From: Minisyncoccota bacterium
Lineage (GTDB): Bacteria > Patescibacteriota > Minisyncoccia > Phycocordibacterales > Phycocordibacteraceae
DNA length: 64,000 bases
Reading direction: 5' to 3'
Assembly: GCA_028695415.1 (NCBI GenBank)
Contig: JAQVIY010000003.1
Location: 47,132 to 111,131 of the forward strand
The notes beneath the pieces were generated by a model that had not been told where the DNA came from, ran no database searches, and was given only the letters and a program-made list of their open reading frames with translations. The translations under genes were made by a program, and so were the position numbers. Each line of letters opens with the position of its first letter. Positions within the stretch are counted from its first letter, which is position 1. Shown here piece after piece: positions 27,422 through 37,535 of the stretch.

Positions 27422-29218
27422 ATGGAAATCAGAAATATCGCCATTATCGCCCACGTTGACCACGGCAAGACCGCGCTCACTGACGCTATCCTGAAGCAGA
27501 CGGGTGCAGTCGCTGAGGGCACCTCGATGGACTCCAACGCGCTCGAGCGCGAGCGCGGCATCACTATTTACGCCAAGAACGCAGCGGTAGAGTACAAGGG
27601 CACCAAGATAAATATCGTGGACACGCCCGGGCACGCCGACTTCGGCTCTGAAGTTGAGCGCGTACTGCGCTCCATCGACTCGGTCTTGCTCGTCGTGGAC
27701 GCACAAGAAGGACCGATGCCGCAGACGCGCTTCGTCTTGAAGAAATCGCTCGATTTGGGGCTCAAGCCGATTGTTGTCCTCAATAAGATAGACAAGCCGG
27801 CCGCTGACCCGGCGCGCGCGCACGATCAGGTACTCGAGCTCTTCATGGAGCTCGGGGCATCAGACGAGCAATGCGATTTCCCCGTGGTATATGCGATTGG
27901 CCGCGATGGCCGCGCGTCTCTTAGTCCTGACGACCTCTTGATGGGCGCCGAGAAAGACCTCTCACCAGTTCTCGACCTTATCCTCGAGAAAGTTGCACCG
28001 GCAAATGCGAATGCGTCTGCGGATGCCCCGCTTATGCTCCAACCGTTCAATCTCGCCTATGACAACTTCATGGGCCGACTCGCGGTCGGTCGCATCTACC
28101 AGGGTACGGTGAAGCCTAATCAGACGGTATTCATCAAGAAGCCGGATGGCGAGATACGCACCGGACGCACGACCAAGGTATTCACCTTCAAGGGGTTGGA
28201 TCGTGTTGAAGCAATCGAGGCGTCAGCCGGAGATATCGCGCTTATCGCCGGCCTGCCTGACATCTATATCGGAGAGACGGTAACGACCAATGAAGCTGCA
28301 GGGCCGCTGCCGGCTATCGCGGTCGACGAGCCGACCATCTCGCTCAACTTCCTCGTCAATAATTCGCCCTTCGCCGGTAAGGAGGGGAAATTCGTCACGA
28401 GCCGCCAGATACGCGATCGGCTCGAGAAAGAGCTCGAGGTGAACGTCGGACTCAAGGTAGATTTCAGCAGTTCTGAATCTTTCAAAGTGTCGGGTCGCGG
28501 CGAGCTCCACATCGCGGTTCTGCTTGAGAATATGCGCCGCGAAGGGTACGAGATGCAAGTCTCTCAGCCGCAGGTCATCACGCGCGAGGAGAACGGCGTG
28601 AAGCTCGAACCGTTCGAAGAGGTTATTATCGATACGCCATCTGAGTTCCAGGGCGCTATCATCGAGAAATTGGGGACACGCGCATTTGTGCTTCAGAACC
28701 TCGTACAGCAGGAGAATACGGTACGCCTCACCCTGCTTGGTCCTACGCGCGGGCTTCTCGGCTACAAGAATATTTTTGTCGTGGATACGAAGGGCGAGGG
28801 TATTCTTTCCTCGCGCTTCGTCGGCTTCAAGCCGTATGCGGGCGAGATACGCCGCCGAATCGTAGGCTCGATGATTTCGATGGCGACCGGCAAGGCGCTC
28901 GGCTACTCGCTCTGGTACCTCCAGGACCGCGGTCAGCTCTACATCAAGCCGGCGACGGAAGTGTATGAGGGTATGGTGATCGGCAATACCTCTAAGGGCG
29001 AAGAGATGATGGCAAATCCGACCAAGGGCAAGGCTCAGTCGAACGTCCGCTCTTCTGGTATGGATGAGGCGCTTACGCTCGTGCCGATATTTGACCTCTC
29101 CATCGAGCGCGGCATGGAAATAATGACCGATGACGAGTATTTGGAGATTACGCCGAAGTCAGTTCGATTGAGGAAACAGTATCTGACTGAAAATGACCGG
29201 GCAAAGGCTCGGCGGTAA
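27422..29218 (+). CDS. typA: translational GTPase TypA/BipA
   Basis: [31 protein letters not shown]-motifs. 598 aa with the BipA-specific C-terminal domain length. Confidence 0.95.
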   Translation: MEIRNIAIIAHVDHGKTALTDAILKQTGAVAEGTSMDSNALERERGITIYAKNAAVEYKGTKINIVDTPGHADFGSEVERVLRSIDSVLLVVDAQEGPMPQTRFVLKKSLDLGLKPIVVLNKIDKPAADPARAHDQVLELFMELGASDEQCDFPVVYAIGRDGRASLSPDDLLMGAEKDLSPVLDLILEKVAPANANASADAPLMLQPFNLAYDNFMGRLAVGRIYQGTVKPNQTVFIKKPDGEIRTGRTTKVFTFKGLDRVEAIEASAGDIALIAGLPDIYIGETVTTNEAAGPLPAIAVDEPTISLNFLVNNSPFAGKEGKFVTSRQIRDRLEKELEVNVGLKVDFSSSESFKVSGRGELHIAVLLENMRREGYEMQVSQPQVITREENGVKLEPFEEVIIDTPSEFQGAIIEKLGTRAFVLQNLVQQENTVRLTLLGPTRGLLGYKNIFVVDTKGEGILSSRFVGFKPYAGEIRRRIVGSMISMATGKALGYSLWYLQDRGQLYIKPATEVYEGMVIGNTSKGEEMMANPTKGKAQSNVRSSGMDEALTLVPIFDLSIERGMEIMTDDEYLEITPKSVRLRKQYLTENDRAKARR

Positions 29219-29232
29219 AGCCGGAGCGCAAG

Positions 29233-29261
29233 CCCCGTTAGAAATCTGATTTCTAACGGGG
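29233..29261 (+). terminator. 13-bp-stem hairpin immediately after the typA stop
   Basis: CCCCGTTAGAAAT-CTG-ATTTCTAACGGGG. Confidence 0.5.
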
Positions 29262-29265
29262 CAAA

Positions 29266-29307
29266 CAATATCTCACTGAAAACGACCGCGCCAAAGCCCG
29301 AAGATAA
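29266..29307 (+). other. out-of-frame duplicate of the last 13 codons + stop of typA with only synonymous changes
   Basis: CAATATCTCACTGAAAACGACCGCGCCAAAGCCCGAAGATAA encodes [13 protein letters not shown], identical to the typA C-terminus encoded at 29177-29218. 9 codons differ, all synonymous. Frame offset +2 relative to typA. Confidence 0.8.
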
Positions 29308-29324
29308 GAGAACGTCCGCCTCTG

Positions 29325-29350
29325 GCGGATTTTCTTTTTTGGGGTACAGT
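29325..29350 (+). terminator. rho-independent terminator
   Basis: TCCGCC-TCT-GGCGGA followed by TTTTCTTTTTT. Confidence 0.65.
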
Positions 29351-29358
29351 GCGGGCAT

Positions 29359-30474
29359 ATGGCATCTGCACACGAGCTCGTCGTCGACCTCCTCAAGAAA
29401 GCCGACATAACCGTCGGCGGGGATAGGCCGCAGGATATCACGGTCTATGACGAGCGACTCTACAATCGCGTTATCCGCTACGGCACAGTCGGCCTCGGCG
29501 AGGCGTATATGGACGGCTGGTGGGATGCAAATTCTCTCGACACTTTTATCGCTACGGTACTTCAGGCGCATTTGGAGAAGGTGATTGAGATAAATCTCGC
29601 ATCGGTCATCGCCATCGCCAAATCTTTTATATTCAACCAGCAGTCAGGCAAGAATGCGTTTACCGTAGGCGAGGTGCACTACGACCTCGGCAACGACCTG
29701 TACGAAGCGATGCTCGATACGCGCATGGTGTACACCTGCGGGTACTGGGCGAAGGCGAAGACGCTCGATAAGGCACAGGAGGCGAAGCTCGATCTTGTAT
29801 GCCGGAAGATAGGACTCAAAAAAGGCGATAGGATTCTCGATATCGGGTGCGGATGGGGAAGTTTCGCAAAATTTGCAGCAGAGAAATATGGCGCAGAAGT
29901 TGTGGGCATCACCGTGTCGAAAGAGCAGGCGACGCTTGCTCGCGAGCGATGCAAAGGGCTCTCGGTCGAGATACGCGTACAAGACTATCGCGAGATGCAC
30001 GAGGAGTTTGATCACATCGTCTCTTTGGGAATGTTCGAGCATGTCGGCCCGAAGAATTATCGTGATTACTTCGAGGTCGCGCGTCGTTGTCTCAAGGATG
30101 ACGGGCTCTTCCTCCTCCACACCATTGGCGACAATGTCTCACGCACTACGAGCGACCCGTGGATAACCAAATACATTTTCCCCGGCGGGGTTATTCCCTC
30201 AGCGGCGCAGATAGGGAAGACGAGCGAAGGGCTCTTCGTGATAGAAGATTGGCACAACTTCGGCCCCGATTACGATAAAACGCTCATGGCGTGGGCGGCA
30301 AACTTTGATGCCGCCTGGCCGAAGTTGCGTGAGAAGTACGGCGATAGGTTTTATAGAATGTGGAAATATTATCTACTCGCTTGCGCAGGAGCTTTTCGTG
30401 CTCGACAGACCCATCTATGGCAGATAGTGCTTTCCAAAAACGGCGTGCCAGGCGGCTATACCAGTGTACGTTAG
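29359..30474 (+). CDS. cfa: cyclopropane-fatty-acyl-phospholipid synthase family SAM-dependent methyltransferase
   Basis: 371 aa. LDIGCGWGS SAM motif. Overall layout typical of Cfa/mycolic acid methyltransferase-like proteins. Confidence 0.8.
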   Translation: MASAHELVVDLLKKADITVGGDRPQDITVYDERLYNRVIRYGTVGLGEAYMDGWWDANSLDTFIATVLQAHLEKVIEINLASVIAIAKSFIFNQQSGKNAFTVGEVHYDLGNDLYEAMLDTRMVYTCGYWAKAKTLDKAQEAKLDLVCRKIGLKKGDRILDIGCGWGSFAKFAAEKYGAEVVGITVSKEQATLARERCKGLSVEIRVQDYREMHEEFDHIVSLGMFEHVGPKNYRDYFEVARRCLKDDGLFLLHTIGDNVSRTTSDPWITKYIFPGGVIPSAAQIGKTSEGLFVIEDWHNFGPDYDKTLMAWAANFDAAWPKLREKYGDRFYRMWKYYLLACAGAFRARQTHLWQIVLSKNGVPGGYTSVR

Positions 30475-30557
30475 CAACACACACTGATGTTCAGTGTTGT
30501 GCATCGCCTTTGAATCGCGAGCGGGGAAGTGGACGCACGAGGGTAGCGTAGTACACT

Positions 30558-31007
30558 TTGGGTATGATTCTCGTCGAATATAAGAAGGCCCTCCTGAAAT
30601 TCGCGCTCGTCGAGACGTTTTCGGCCGGGCTTGAGCTCTTGGGAAGCGAAGTAAAAGCACTCCGGAATAAACTAGGGAGCCTTGATGGCGCGCGCGTCGT
30701 GGTGCGCGGCGGCGAGGCGTTTGTCGTGGGTATGACGATACCGCCGTATCAAGTGGCGAATACGTCGAAGACCTACGACCCTGAGCGCGCACGCCGTCTC
30801 CTGCTTACGAAAAAAGAACTCACAACACTTCTCACTGAGGAAGCGAAGAAAGGGTTGACAATAATACCGCTTGAGGTGTATTCTACAGGCAGGCTCGTGA
30901 AAGCGCGCATCGCTATCGTCCGCGGCAAAGGCAAAGCCGACCGCCGCGAAGATTTGAAGAAGCGCGATGCCTCGCGCGAAACAGCGCGAGTTCTAAAGAA
31001 TCGGTAG
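30558..31007 (+). CDS. smpB: SsrA-binding protein SmpB
   Basis: 149 aa. Conserved GSEVKALR and C-terminal basic tail. tmRNA gene immediately downstream. Confidence 0.9.
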   Translation: MGMILVEYKKALLKFALVETFSAGLELLGSEVKALRNKLGSLDGARVVVRGGEAFVVGMTIPPYQVANTSKTYDPERARRLLLTKKELTTLLTEEAKKGLTIIPLEVYSTGRLVKARIAIVRGKGKADRREDLKKRDASRETARVLKNR

Positions 31008-31042
31008 TCCCGAAAAGTTCAGAATGCAGTTCTTGATTTCTC

Positions 31043-31450
31043 GGGGGTGACCGGCTTTGACGGTCTGTACTTTGAAAGACGTGCGACGCAGTGCACTCTC
31101 GCCTACCACTCTAATCTAGCGAGAAAACATACTTGCAAAGAACACTCTAGCAAGCGTGAAGTCCCCGTACTTCGGTATGAAGGACTTTGCGTTCGCCTAC
31201 GCGGCAGCCTAACGGCTCCTCGCCTATGCGACGTCTGACCTTTCCGGTTCTCCAGGGGAAGTCTCGGGCGGAATCATCTGGAGCATCGATACCCGGTCTC
31301 CCGCCCGGTGCATCTAAATAAGGGATCGGGCAGGAATGGTTTTGTCGACGTTCCTCGCATCCTGCCGTAGACTCTAACGTCGACTATGCGTCGTAGACTC
31401 GCTTTCATAGCCAGGCTCGGACTCGGGTTCGATTCCCGACATCTCCACCA
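31043..31450 (+). ncRNA. ssrA: tmRNA (ssrA)
   Basis: 5' GGGGGTGACCGGCTTTGACGG resembles the tmRNA 5' end. 3' tRNA-like domain GGGTTCGATTCCC...CATCTCCACCA with encoded CCA. Acceptor pairing GGGGGTG/CATCTCC. Internal tag-like reading frame ends ...DFAFAYAAA-TAA at 31210-31212. Downstream of smpB. Confidence 0.75.
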
Positions 31451-31508
31451 TTTTGCAAAAAGCTTCCTCGCGGGAGCTTTTTGCGTCAGAGTGAGATATA
31501 GTACTTCG

Positions 31509-33440
31509 ATGGCAGCTGCATCTCCTAAGAAGCCGAAAGGGAAGAAGCACGTAGCGCCGAAGGCGCGGGGCTGGCGTGCGCTCCTTGGCGGCCCTTCCTT
31601 CTTCAGTAATCTCATCAGCACGATACTCATATTCCTGATTCTCATGAGCCTATACTCGCTCGTCGAGAGTATGGTGAAGCCGGCAAACGACGTTCCGCTC
31701 TCGGCTGTCGCGTCTGATGTCGCTCTTGGGAAAATAAGCTCGATCTCGGTCAACGGCGATTCGCTCGATCTCACCTATGCCGATGGAACTGCGAAGGTCT
31801 CGCGTAAGGATCCTTCGGCCGGACTCCCCGAGACCTTGGCGACCTATGGCGTTACGCCTGTCGAGCTCAGTAAGGTTGCGATAACGATACAGGGGCAATC
31901 AGGATTCCAGTTCTGGTTTATGACACTCGCGCCGATACTTCTCCCGTTCCTCTTCCTCGTGCTCCTCTTCTGGTTCCTCTCACGACAAGTGAAGGGTGCG
32001 GGGATGCAGGCGTTTAGCTTCGGCCAATCAAAGGCGCGCGTGATTGATCCAGCTGATTCTTCGCAGCGCGTTACCTTCGCCGATATCGCCGGCGCCCGCG
32101 AAGCGAAGGAGGAGCTTATGGAAATAGTCGACTTCCTCAAAAGTCCGAAGAAGTTCCTCGATATCGGTGCGCGTATACCGAAGGGCATCATCCTGATGGG
32201 CGCGCCCGGTACCGGTAAGACCTTGCTCGCTCGCGCGGTCGCGGGCGAGGCGGGCGTACCTTTCTTCTCTATCTCGGGCAGCGAGTTCGTCGAGATGTTC
32301 GTCGGCGTCGGCGCAAGCCGCGTCCGCGACCTCTTCCAACTCGCGAAGAAGGCTGCGCCCGCGATCATCTTCGTCGACGAGATAGATGCGGTAGGGCGGG
32401 TGCGCGGCACTGGCGTGGGCGGCGGGAACGACGAGCGCGAGCAGACGCTCAATCAGATACTCGTCGAGATGGACGGCTTCGAACCGACCGAGAAAGTGAT
32501 TGTGATGGCGGCGACCAATCGTCCCGACGTGCTCGACCCCGCCTTACTACGCCCCGGGCGCTTTGATCGGCGCGTCACCATCGACCTGCCTGATAGGCGC
32601 GACCGCGAAGAGATATTGAAGATTCACGCGCGCCAGAAGCCGCTCGGTCCCGACGTCGTCCTCTCGGTCATCGCCGAGCGTACGCCGGGCTTCTCGGGCG
32701 CCGAACTCTACTCGCTTATGAACGAGGGCGCGATACTCGCCGCGCGCGAGAACAGGAAAGAAGTCACCCAATACGATTTGATACGCTCCATAGAAAAAGT
32801 GATGCTCGGCCCTGAACGGAAGAGCCACCTGCTCGGAAAGCGCGAGAAGGAACTTACGGCATATCACGAAGCCGGACACGCGCTCGTCTCGTCGATATTG
32901 GAGTACGCCGACCCGGTGCACAAGATATCGGTCATCAGCCGCGGACACGCAGCGGGCTACACGCTCAAGCTTCCGTTCGACGATAAGAAGATGCAGTCAA
33001 AGAAACAGTTTCTCGACGATATCGCAGCGACCTTGGGCGGCTATGTCGCCGAGGAACTCATTCTTGACGATGTGACGACGGGGCCCTCGAACGATCTGAT
33101 GGTCATCACCGCGCTCGCGCGCGATATGGTCTCGCGCTACGGCATGAGCGATAAGCTCGGACCGATTGCGTTTGGCGAACGACAGCTCGGGAACGAACCG
33201 TACTCTGAACATGTCGCGATGCAGATAGATGCCGAAGTCTCGCGCATCATCGAGGAGGCGAAGGTGCGTGCGAAGAAGGTCATTACCGAGCATCGCGCCG
33301 CTCTCGATGCTATCGCGAGGGAGCTTATAGAAAAGGAGACCGTGGAGCGCGAAGACTTCGAGAAGATTTTGATACTGAACGGCATCACGCCGAAGAAGAA
33401 AGAGGAGGAAGGGCACACGATCGCGCCCGTGGCACTCTAA
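31509..33440 (+). CDS. ftsH: ATP-dependent zinc metalloprotease FtsH (start taken at MAAASPKK; the upstream ORF extension overlaps the tmRNA)
   Basis: Walker A GAPGTGKT, Walker [32 protein letters not shown], zinc motif HEAGHA. Confidence 0.95.
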   Translation: MAAASPKKPKGKKHVAPKARGWRALLGGPSFFSNLISTILIFLILMSLYSLVESMVKPANDVPLSAVASDVALGKISSISVNGDSLDLTYADGTAKVSRKDPSAGLPETLATYGVTPVELSKVAITIQGQSGFQFWFMTLAPILLPFLFLVLLFWFLSRQVKGAGMQAFSFGQSKARVIDPADSSQRVTFADIAGAREAKEELMEIVDFLKSPKKFLDIGARIPKGIILMGAPGTGKTLLARAVAGEAGVPFFSISGSEFVEMFVGVGASRVRDLFQLAKKAAPAIIFVDEIDAVGRVRGTGVGGGNDEREQTLNQILVEMDGFEPTEKVIVMAATNRPDVLDPALLRPGRFDRRVTIDLPDRRDREEILKIHARQKPLGPDVVLSVIAERTPGFSGAELYSLMNEGAILAARENRKEVTQYDLIRSIEKVMLGPERKSHLLGKREKELTAYHEAGHALVSSILEYADPVHKISVISRGHAAGYTLKLPFDDKKMQSKKQFLDDIAATLGGYVAEELILDDVTTGPSNDLMVITALARDMVSRYGMSDKLGPIAFGERQLGNEPYSEHVAMQIDAEVSRIIEEAKVRAKKVITEHRAALDAIARELIEKETVEREDFEKILILNGITPKKKEEEGHTIAPVAL

Positions 33441-33449
33441 GCGGAAATC

Positions 33450-33480
33450 AAAACCCCCGGCGCAGAGACCGGGGGTTTCA
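33450..33480. terminator. bidirectional terminator hairpin after ftsH
   Basis: AAACCCCCGG-cgcagaga-CCGGGGGTTT. Confidence 0.6.
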
Positions 33481-33497
33481 TCAGTTGGCGGAGACGT

Positions 33498-33821
33498 TTA
33501 GGCCTTGTCAACCATGGCGAGATGCGGTGGTGCCTTCGGGTCGAAGCACACGTCGTACTGGGGGCCCGGGTTGAAGACATCGAGGTCGTATCTGATCTTC
33601 CGGCACGATTTCAGCCGGACGGGTGTTCTTAATGCAGGAACGGGTTTGCCGTCGTTATCGACGATGATCGCGCCGCGTTGCATGGCATGTCCGACTTCGG
33701 CCAGGGACGTCTTGGTAATCGTCCCGATTTTCTTCCCCTTGACCGGCACCCGCATCAGGACGAGCTGACCTCCTTCAACGGTAAAACTTTTGGCGAATAC
33801 TATCCCAATTCTTGCTGGCAT
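33498..33821 (-). CDS. hypothetical small protein
   Basis: About 107 aa from MPARIGIVFAK. No confident family assignment. Confidence 0.3.
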   Translation of the reverse strand: MPARIGIVFAKSFTVEGGQLVLMRVPVKGKKIGTITKTSLAEVGHAMQRGAIIVDNDGKPVPALRTPVRLKSCRKIRYDLDVFNPGPQYDVCFDPKAPPHLAMVDKA

Positions 33822-33917
33822 CTCGCGTCTCCTTTTCTGTGGTTGGGCAACGAACAAAAGCAGACTGCATTCTACCATTATGCGTCTATGGATTCAATGG
33901 TGTAATATGACCAGTAT

Positions 33918-33993
33918 CCGCCCTTAGCTCAGTTGGTAGAGCACTCCGCTTATACCGGATCGGTCCTTGGTTCGAGTCCAAGAGGGCGGACCA
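33918..33993 (+). tRNA. tRNA-Ile (anticodon UAU)
   Basis: Acceptor CCGCCCT/AGGGCGG, D-arm GCTC-AGTTGGTA-GAGC, anticodon loop CTTATAC, T-arm CTTGG-TTCGAGT-CCAAG, encoded CCA. One C-U mismatch at the base of the anticodon stem. Confidence 0.7.
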
Positions 33994-33994
33994 G

Positions 33995-36181
33995 TCATTC
34001 CAGATGCATCTTCTTGTCGGCAGCGTGGGCGCGCGCGACGAGTGCAGGGTGACTTCGCAAATCAAGATCGCTTGCGACGAGCGAGGCGGCTTCGGTGCGT
34101 GCGGCCTCAACGAGTTTTATATTCTTCAGCGCTTCCATCGCGACGTCGGAGACGCCCCACTGACGACCACCCGCGAGCTCGCCTGCGCCGCGGAGCGTGA
34201 GGTCGTATTCAGCGAGCTCGAAACCGTTTCTCGCGGTGGTAAATGCTTTCATACGCTCTCGTGTCGCTTCACCAAAGGTTTCCGGTAGCGCAAAACAATA
34301 TGATTGGTGGGTAGAGCGTATGACGCGACCGCGCAGCTGGTGAAGCTGGGCGAGACCGAAGCGCTCGGCGCCCTCGATAAGTATGATGGTCGCATTCTGT
34401 ACATTCACCCCCACCTCCACTACTGAGGTAGCGACGAGGATATCTATCTCATCATTTTCAAATCGCTTCATCACCTCCTCTTTTTCTGCCGGGCGCATCT
34501 TGCTGTGGAGGATGCCGATCGTCGCGCGCGGGAACACATCCTTCTGGAGCCGCACTGCTTCGGCTTTGACCGACTTGGCCTGGAGGGCGAGCTCCTTCTG
34601 CGGATCGGGCTCGTCGATGCGCGGACAGATAATGTACGCCTGGCGGCCCTTTGCGAGCTCTTCGTGCACTTGCGCGTACGCCTCGTCGCGTTTCTCGGGG
34701 CCGAGCACTTGCGTGATGACCGGCTTCCGGCCGACAGGCATCTGATCAAGTACGGTGAGGTCGAGGTCGCCGTAGAGGGTGAGGGCGAGCGTACGCGGGA
34801 TAGGAGTCGCTGTCATCGAGAGGAGGTGGGGTTTTGTCGTGCCCTTGGTCGCGAGCTTCTGTCGGTGCATCGTGCCGAAGCGGTGCTGTTCGTCGATGAT
34901 GGCATAGGCGAGATGCTTGAACACGAGCGACTTCTCGATAAGTGCGTGCGTGCCGATGACGATCGGGATGAGACCATCGGCAACACGCTTCCGGAAGGTT
35001 GCCTTCGAGAGCTTCGCAGATTCCTCATAGCGCACGCGGGAGGGGAAGACACGGCACTCGCTTCCCGTGATGAGGCCGATAGGTATAGGGTGGTCGCGGA
35101 AGTAAGACACGAAGGTTGAGAAATGCTGCTTCGCGAGGATTTCGGTCGGGCAGAGATATGCGACTTGGAGCGCGCCAGCAATCCTTCCTTTTGGTATCGA
35201 GGTTGCGACGAGGTATGCGGTCGCCGCGGCGACCGCGGTCTTGCCGCTCCCCACATCGCCTTCAAGAAGTCGGAGCATCGGGTGCGGTTTCTCAAAATCT
35301 GCGGTGATAGCCTCGATAGCCTGCATCTGTGCTTTTGTTGCGGGGAAGGGGAATGATGCTATGAAATCTTTGAGCGCTTTTCTGTCTACTGCGACAGGAA
35401 GCGCTTCTTCTCGCAAGAGCGCTCGACGGCGCTTTTGCATCACGAGCTGAAGCGCGAACACCTCTTCAAAGGCGAAACGCTTCTTTGCGGCGTCTGCGTC
35501 TGACTTTCTCTGTGGCATATGGATACATACGAGTGCCGCAGAGAGCGAGGGGAGCTTGTAGCGCGCCAGGATATCCTTGGGGATAGGATCCTCGAGCATT
35601 TCGTGCACGCGCGCCTCAAACGCTTTCCGCACCGCGTGCATAAGCCACAAGGACGATACGCCCTGACTCTCCGGATATATCGGATAGAGAGCAGCTTCCT
35701 CCGTCGACGTGCCGTGCGCGAAAAGCGAGTCGTGAATTCCCTCCGGGTCAACAGGTGACTTGTCTATGGAGGGGTTGGCGAGATACACCTTCCCCGAAGG
35801 GGCCCCATTGGGGCGCGCGCTTCCGGCGACTTTCCCGCTTACTTTCACCACCATGCCGTCGTGGAGCGACTTGGCGATGTACGGCTGAGAGAACCACATC
35901 AGCTTTATCTTTCCCGAGTTATCTTCGAGCCACGCCTCGGCGATAGGGCGGCGACTCTTCCACGTCTTCCTGATATCGGGTTTACGCACCGTGCCGTAGA
36001 GCGTCACCTCCGCTCCTGCGGTGATGCCGGCAATCGTCCCCACCGATCCGCTCGATTCATAGCGAGCGGGGAAGTGATAGAGCGCATCATGGATAGTACG
36101 TATGCCGAGTTTATGAAGCGCGCGTTTCTGATCGCTCTTCAGGCGAGGGAAATGTTTGTCGACAGGATCTTCGGGGCGCAT
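33995..36181 (-). CDS. recG: ATP-dependent DNA helicase RecG (start taken at MRPEDPVDKHF; the longer ORF extension would overlap the divergent amidase gene)
   Basis: Wedge/OB N-terminal region. Helicase motifs LEGDVGSGKT, DEQHRFG, SMTATPIPRT, ILIEGAERFGLAQLHQLRGRVIRS. Confidence 0.9.
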   Translation of the reverse strand: MRPEDPVDKHFPRLKSDQKRALHKLGIRTIHDALYHFPARYESSGSVGTIAGITAGAEVTLYGTVRKPDIRKTWKSRRPIAEAWLEDNSGKIKLMWFSQPYIAKSLHDGMVVKVSGKVAGSARPNGAPSGKVYLANPSIDKSPVDPEGIHDSLFAHGTSTEEAALYPIYPESQGVSSLWLMHAVRKAFEARVHEMLEDPIPKDILARYKLPSLSAALVCIHMPQRKSDADAAKKRFAFEEVFALQLVMQKRRRALLREEALPVAVDRKALKDFIASFPFPATKAQMQAIEAITADFEKPHPMLRLLEGDVGSGKTAVAAATAYLVATSIPKGRIAGALQVAYLCPTEILAKQHFSTFVSYFRDHPIPIGLITGSECRVFPSRVRYEESAKLSKATFRKRVADGLIPIVIGTHALIEKSLVFKHLAYAIIDEQHRFGTMHRQKLATKGTTKPHLLSMTATPIPRTLALTLYGDLDLTVLDQMPVGRKPVITQVLGPEKRDEAYAQVHEELAKGRQAYIICPRIDEPDPQKELALQAKSVKAEAVRLQKDVFPRATIGILHSKMRPAEKEEVMKRFENDEIDILVATSVVEVGVNVQNATIILIEGAERFGLAQLHQLRGRVIRSTHQSYCFALPETFGEATRERMKAFTTARNGFELAEYDLTLRGAGELAGGRQWGVSDVAMEALKNIKLVEAARTEAASLVASDLDLRSHPALVARAHAADKKMHLE

Positions 36182-36238
36182 ACGCACAGTATATACGGCT
36201 GCTCTCTCTCGGTGGCTCACCTTTGCTATAGTTCCGGT

Positions 36239-37519
36239 ATGAAAGATGAACTCCTCCGACTCGCGGCATATGCGGGGTGCGTAGCGTCGGCATTCGTGCT
36301 TTTCATCGCGGGCGGAGCTACGCCAGTCTTCGATGCGGTAGTGCGTACCCAGGCTGCCGCGGTGTTCTTCGTGACGAGCATCACGTCTGCGCAGATTCAG
36401 GAAACTTATCGCGCGTCCGGGAGCCAGACCTCCGCGTCTGAGGCTCTGCCAGCGAAGAAAGTCAAGATTCTTATCGTACCAGGACACGAGCCGGACACCG
36501 GTGGGACGGAATATCAGGGAGTGGTCGAGCGTGATGTTGTTGTCGATATCGCCGATGCGCTCGCGACCCTGCTCGCACAGAATCCGCACTACGAGGTGAT
36601 GGTCGCGCGGACGAAGATTGCGTGGAATCCTCTCCTACAGAATTATTTTGATACGCACATGCTCGAGATAGAGACATTCGAGCAATCTCAGAAGGCGCAG
36701 ATGACGGGATATCTGGCTGACGGAAGCATTCTCTCCGATTCTGACCAGGTGTATCACAACGCAATATCGACACCTGGAGCGTTGAAGCTCTACGGTATCA
36801 ACAAGTGGGCGAGCGACGCCGCGTATGACATCACCCTCCATCTCCATATCAACGATTATGCTGGCCGACGCTTGAGCGTGCTGAAGGCGTACAATGGCTT
36901 CGCGATGTATGTCCCCGACCACCAATACTCGAACGCCGAAGCGTCGAGAACGATAGGTGAGGCTCTTGCCGGTCGCCTGAGCGCGTATCACGCCACGAGC
37001 ACTTTACCGAAAGAAGATGCGGGTATCGTCGAAGATCAGCAACTCATCGCCATCGGCAGCAACAACAGCGCGAACGATGCGAGCCTGCTTATCGAGTACG
37101 GGTATATCCAGGAGCCGCAATTCCAGATAGCATCGGTACGCCCGCTCGCTATTGCTGATTACGCCTATCAAACCTATCTCGGCCTGCAGGATTTCTTCAA
37201 GGACCCAATCAAAGGAACACGCGGATCGGTCTCGTTTCCCTATGACTGGACGAAGCTCACGGGCGCACAAAATGAAAAAGGCCCCGGCATATATGCGCTC
37301 CAGGCGGCACTTCATCATCTCGGTTTCTATCCGCCACGAGAGAAGAATTTCAATGACTGTCCGATATCGGGCAGGGCAGGTTCCTGTACGCGCTCCGCGA
37401 TTATGCAGTATCAGCGTTCGCAGAGTCTCGAGGCGACCGGCCAGCTCGGCCCCCAGACGCGCTCAGCGCTCACGCGCGACCTCGAGGAGCTGTCCACAGA
37501 ATCGGTACGACTGAAATAG
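36239..37519 (+). CDS. N-acetylmuramoyl-L-alanine amidase (Amidase_3) with C-terminal peptidoglycan-binding domain
   Basis: N-terminal TM/signal anchor. KILIVPGHEPDTGG Amidase_3 start motif. C-terminal LQAALHHLGFYP...SAIMQYQRSQSLEATGQLG PG-binding repeat. Confidence 0.75.
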   Translation: MKDELLRLAAYAGCVASAFVLFIAGGATPVFDAVVRTQAAAVFFVTSITSAQIQETYRASGSQTSASEALPAKKVKILIVPGHEPDTGGTEYQGVVERDVVVDIADALATLLAQNPHYEVMVARTKIAWNPLLQNYFDTHMLEIETFEQSQKAQMTGYLADGSILSDSDQVYHNAISTPGALKLYGINKWASDAAYDITLHLHINDYAGRRLSVLKAYNGFAMYVPDHQYSNAEASRTIGEALAGRLSAYHATSTLPKEDAGIVEDQQLIAIGSNNSANDASLLIEYGYIQEPQFQIASVRPLAIADYAYQTYLGLQDFFKDPIKGTRGSVSFPYDWTKLTGAQNEKGPGIYALQAALHHLGFYPPREKNFNDCPISGRAGSCTRSAIMQYQRSQSLEATGQLGPQTRSALTRDLEELSTESVRLK

Positions 37520-37535
37520 GGTACACTAGCGGTCT

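Noticed and set aside
31386-31508. N-terminal extension of the FtsH ORF
   Set aside because: It would overlap the tmRNA 3' end. A start at 31509 (MAAASPKK…) gives a normal FtsH N-terminus.
31047-31774. ORFs 31047-31238 (+) and 31274-31774 (-) inside the tmRNA region
   Set aside because: The region shows tmRNA 5' and 3' tRNA-like ends and a tag reading frame. The ORFs are arginine- and serine-rich artefacts of GC-rich structured RNA.
35861-36238. N-terminal 126-aa extension of the amidase ORF overlapping recG on the opposite strand
   Set aside because: The amidase signal anchor begins at the internal Met at 36239. RecG motifs occupy the other strand up to 36181.
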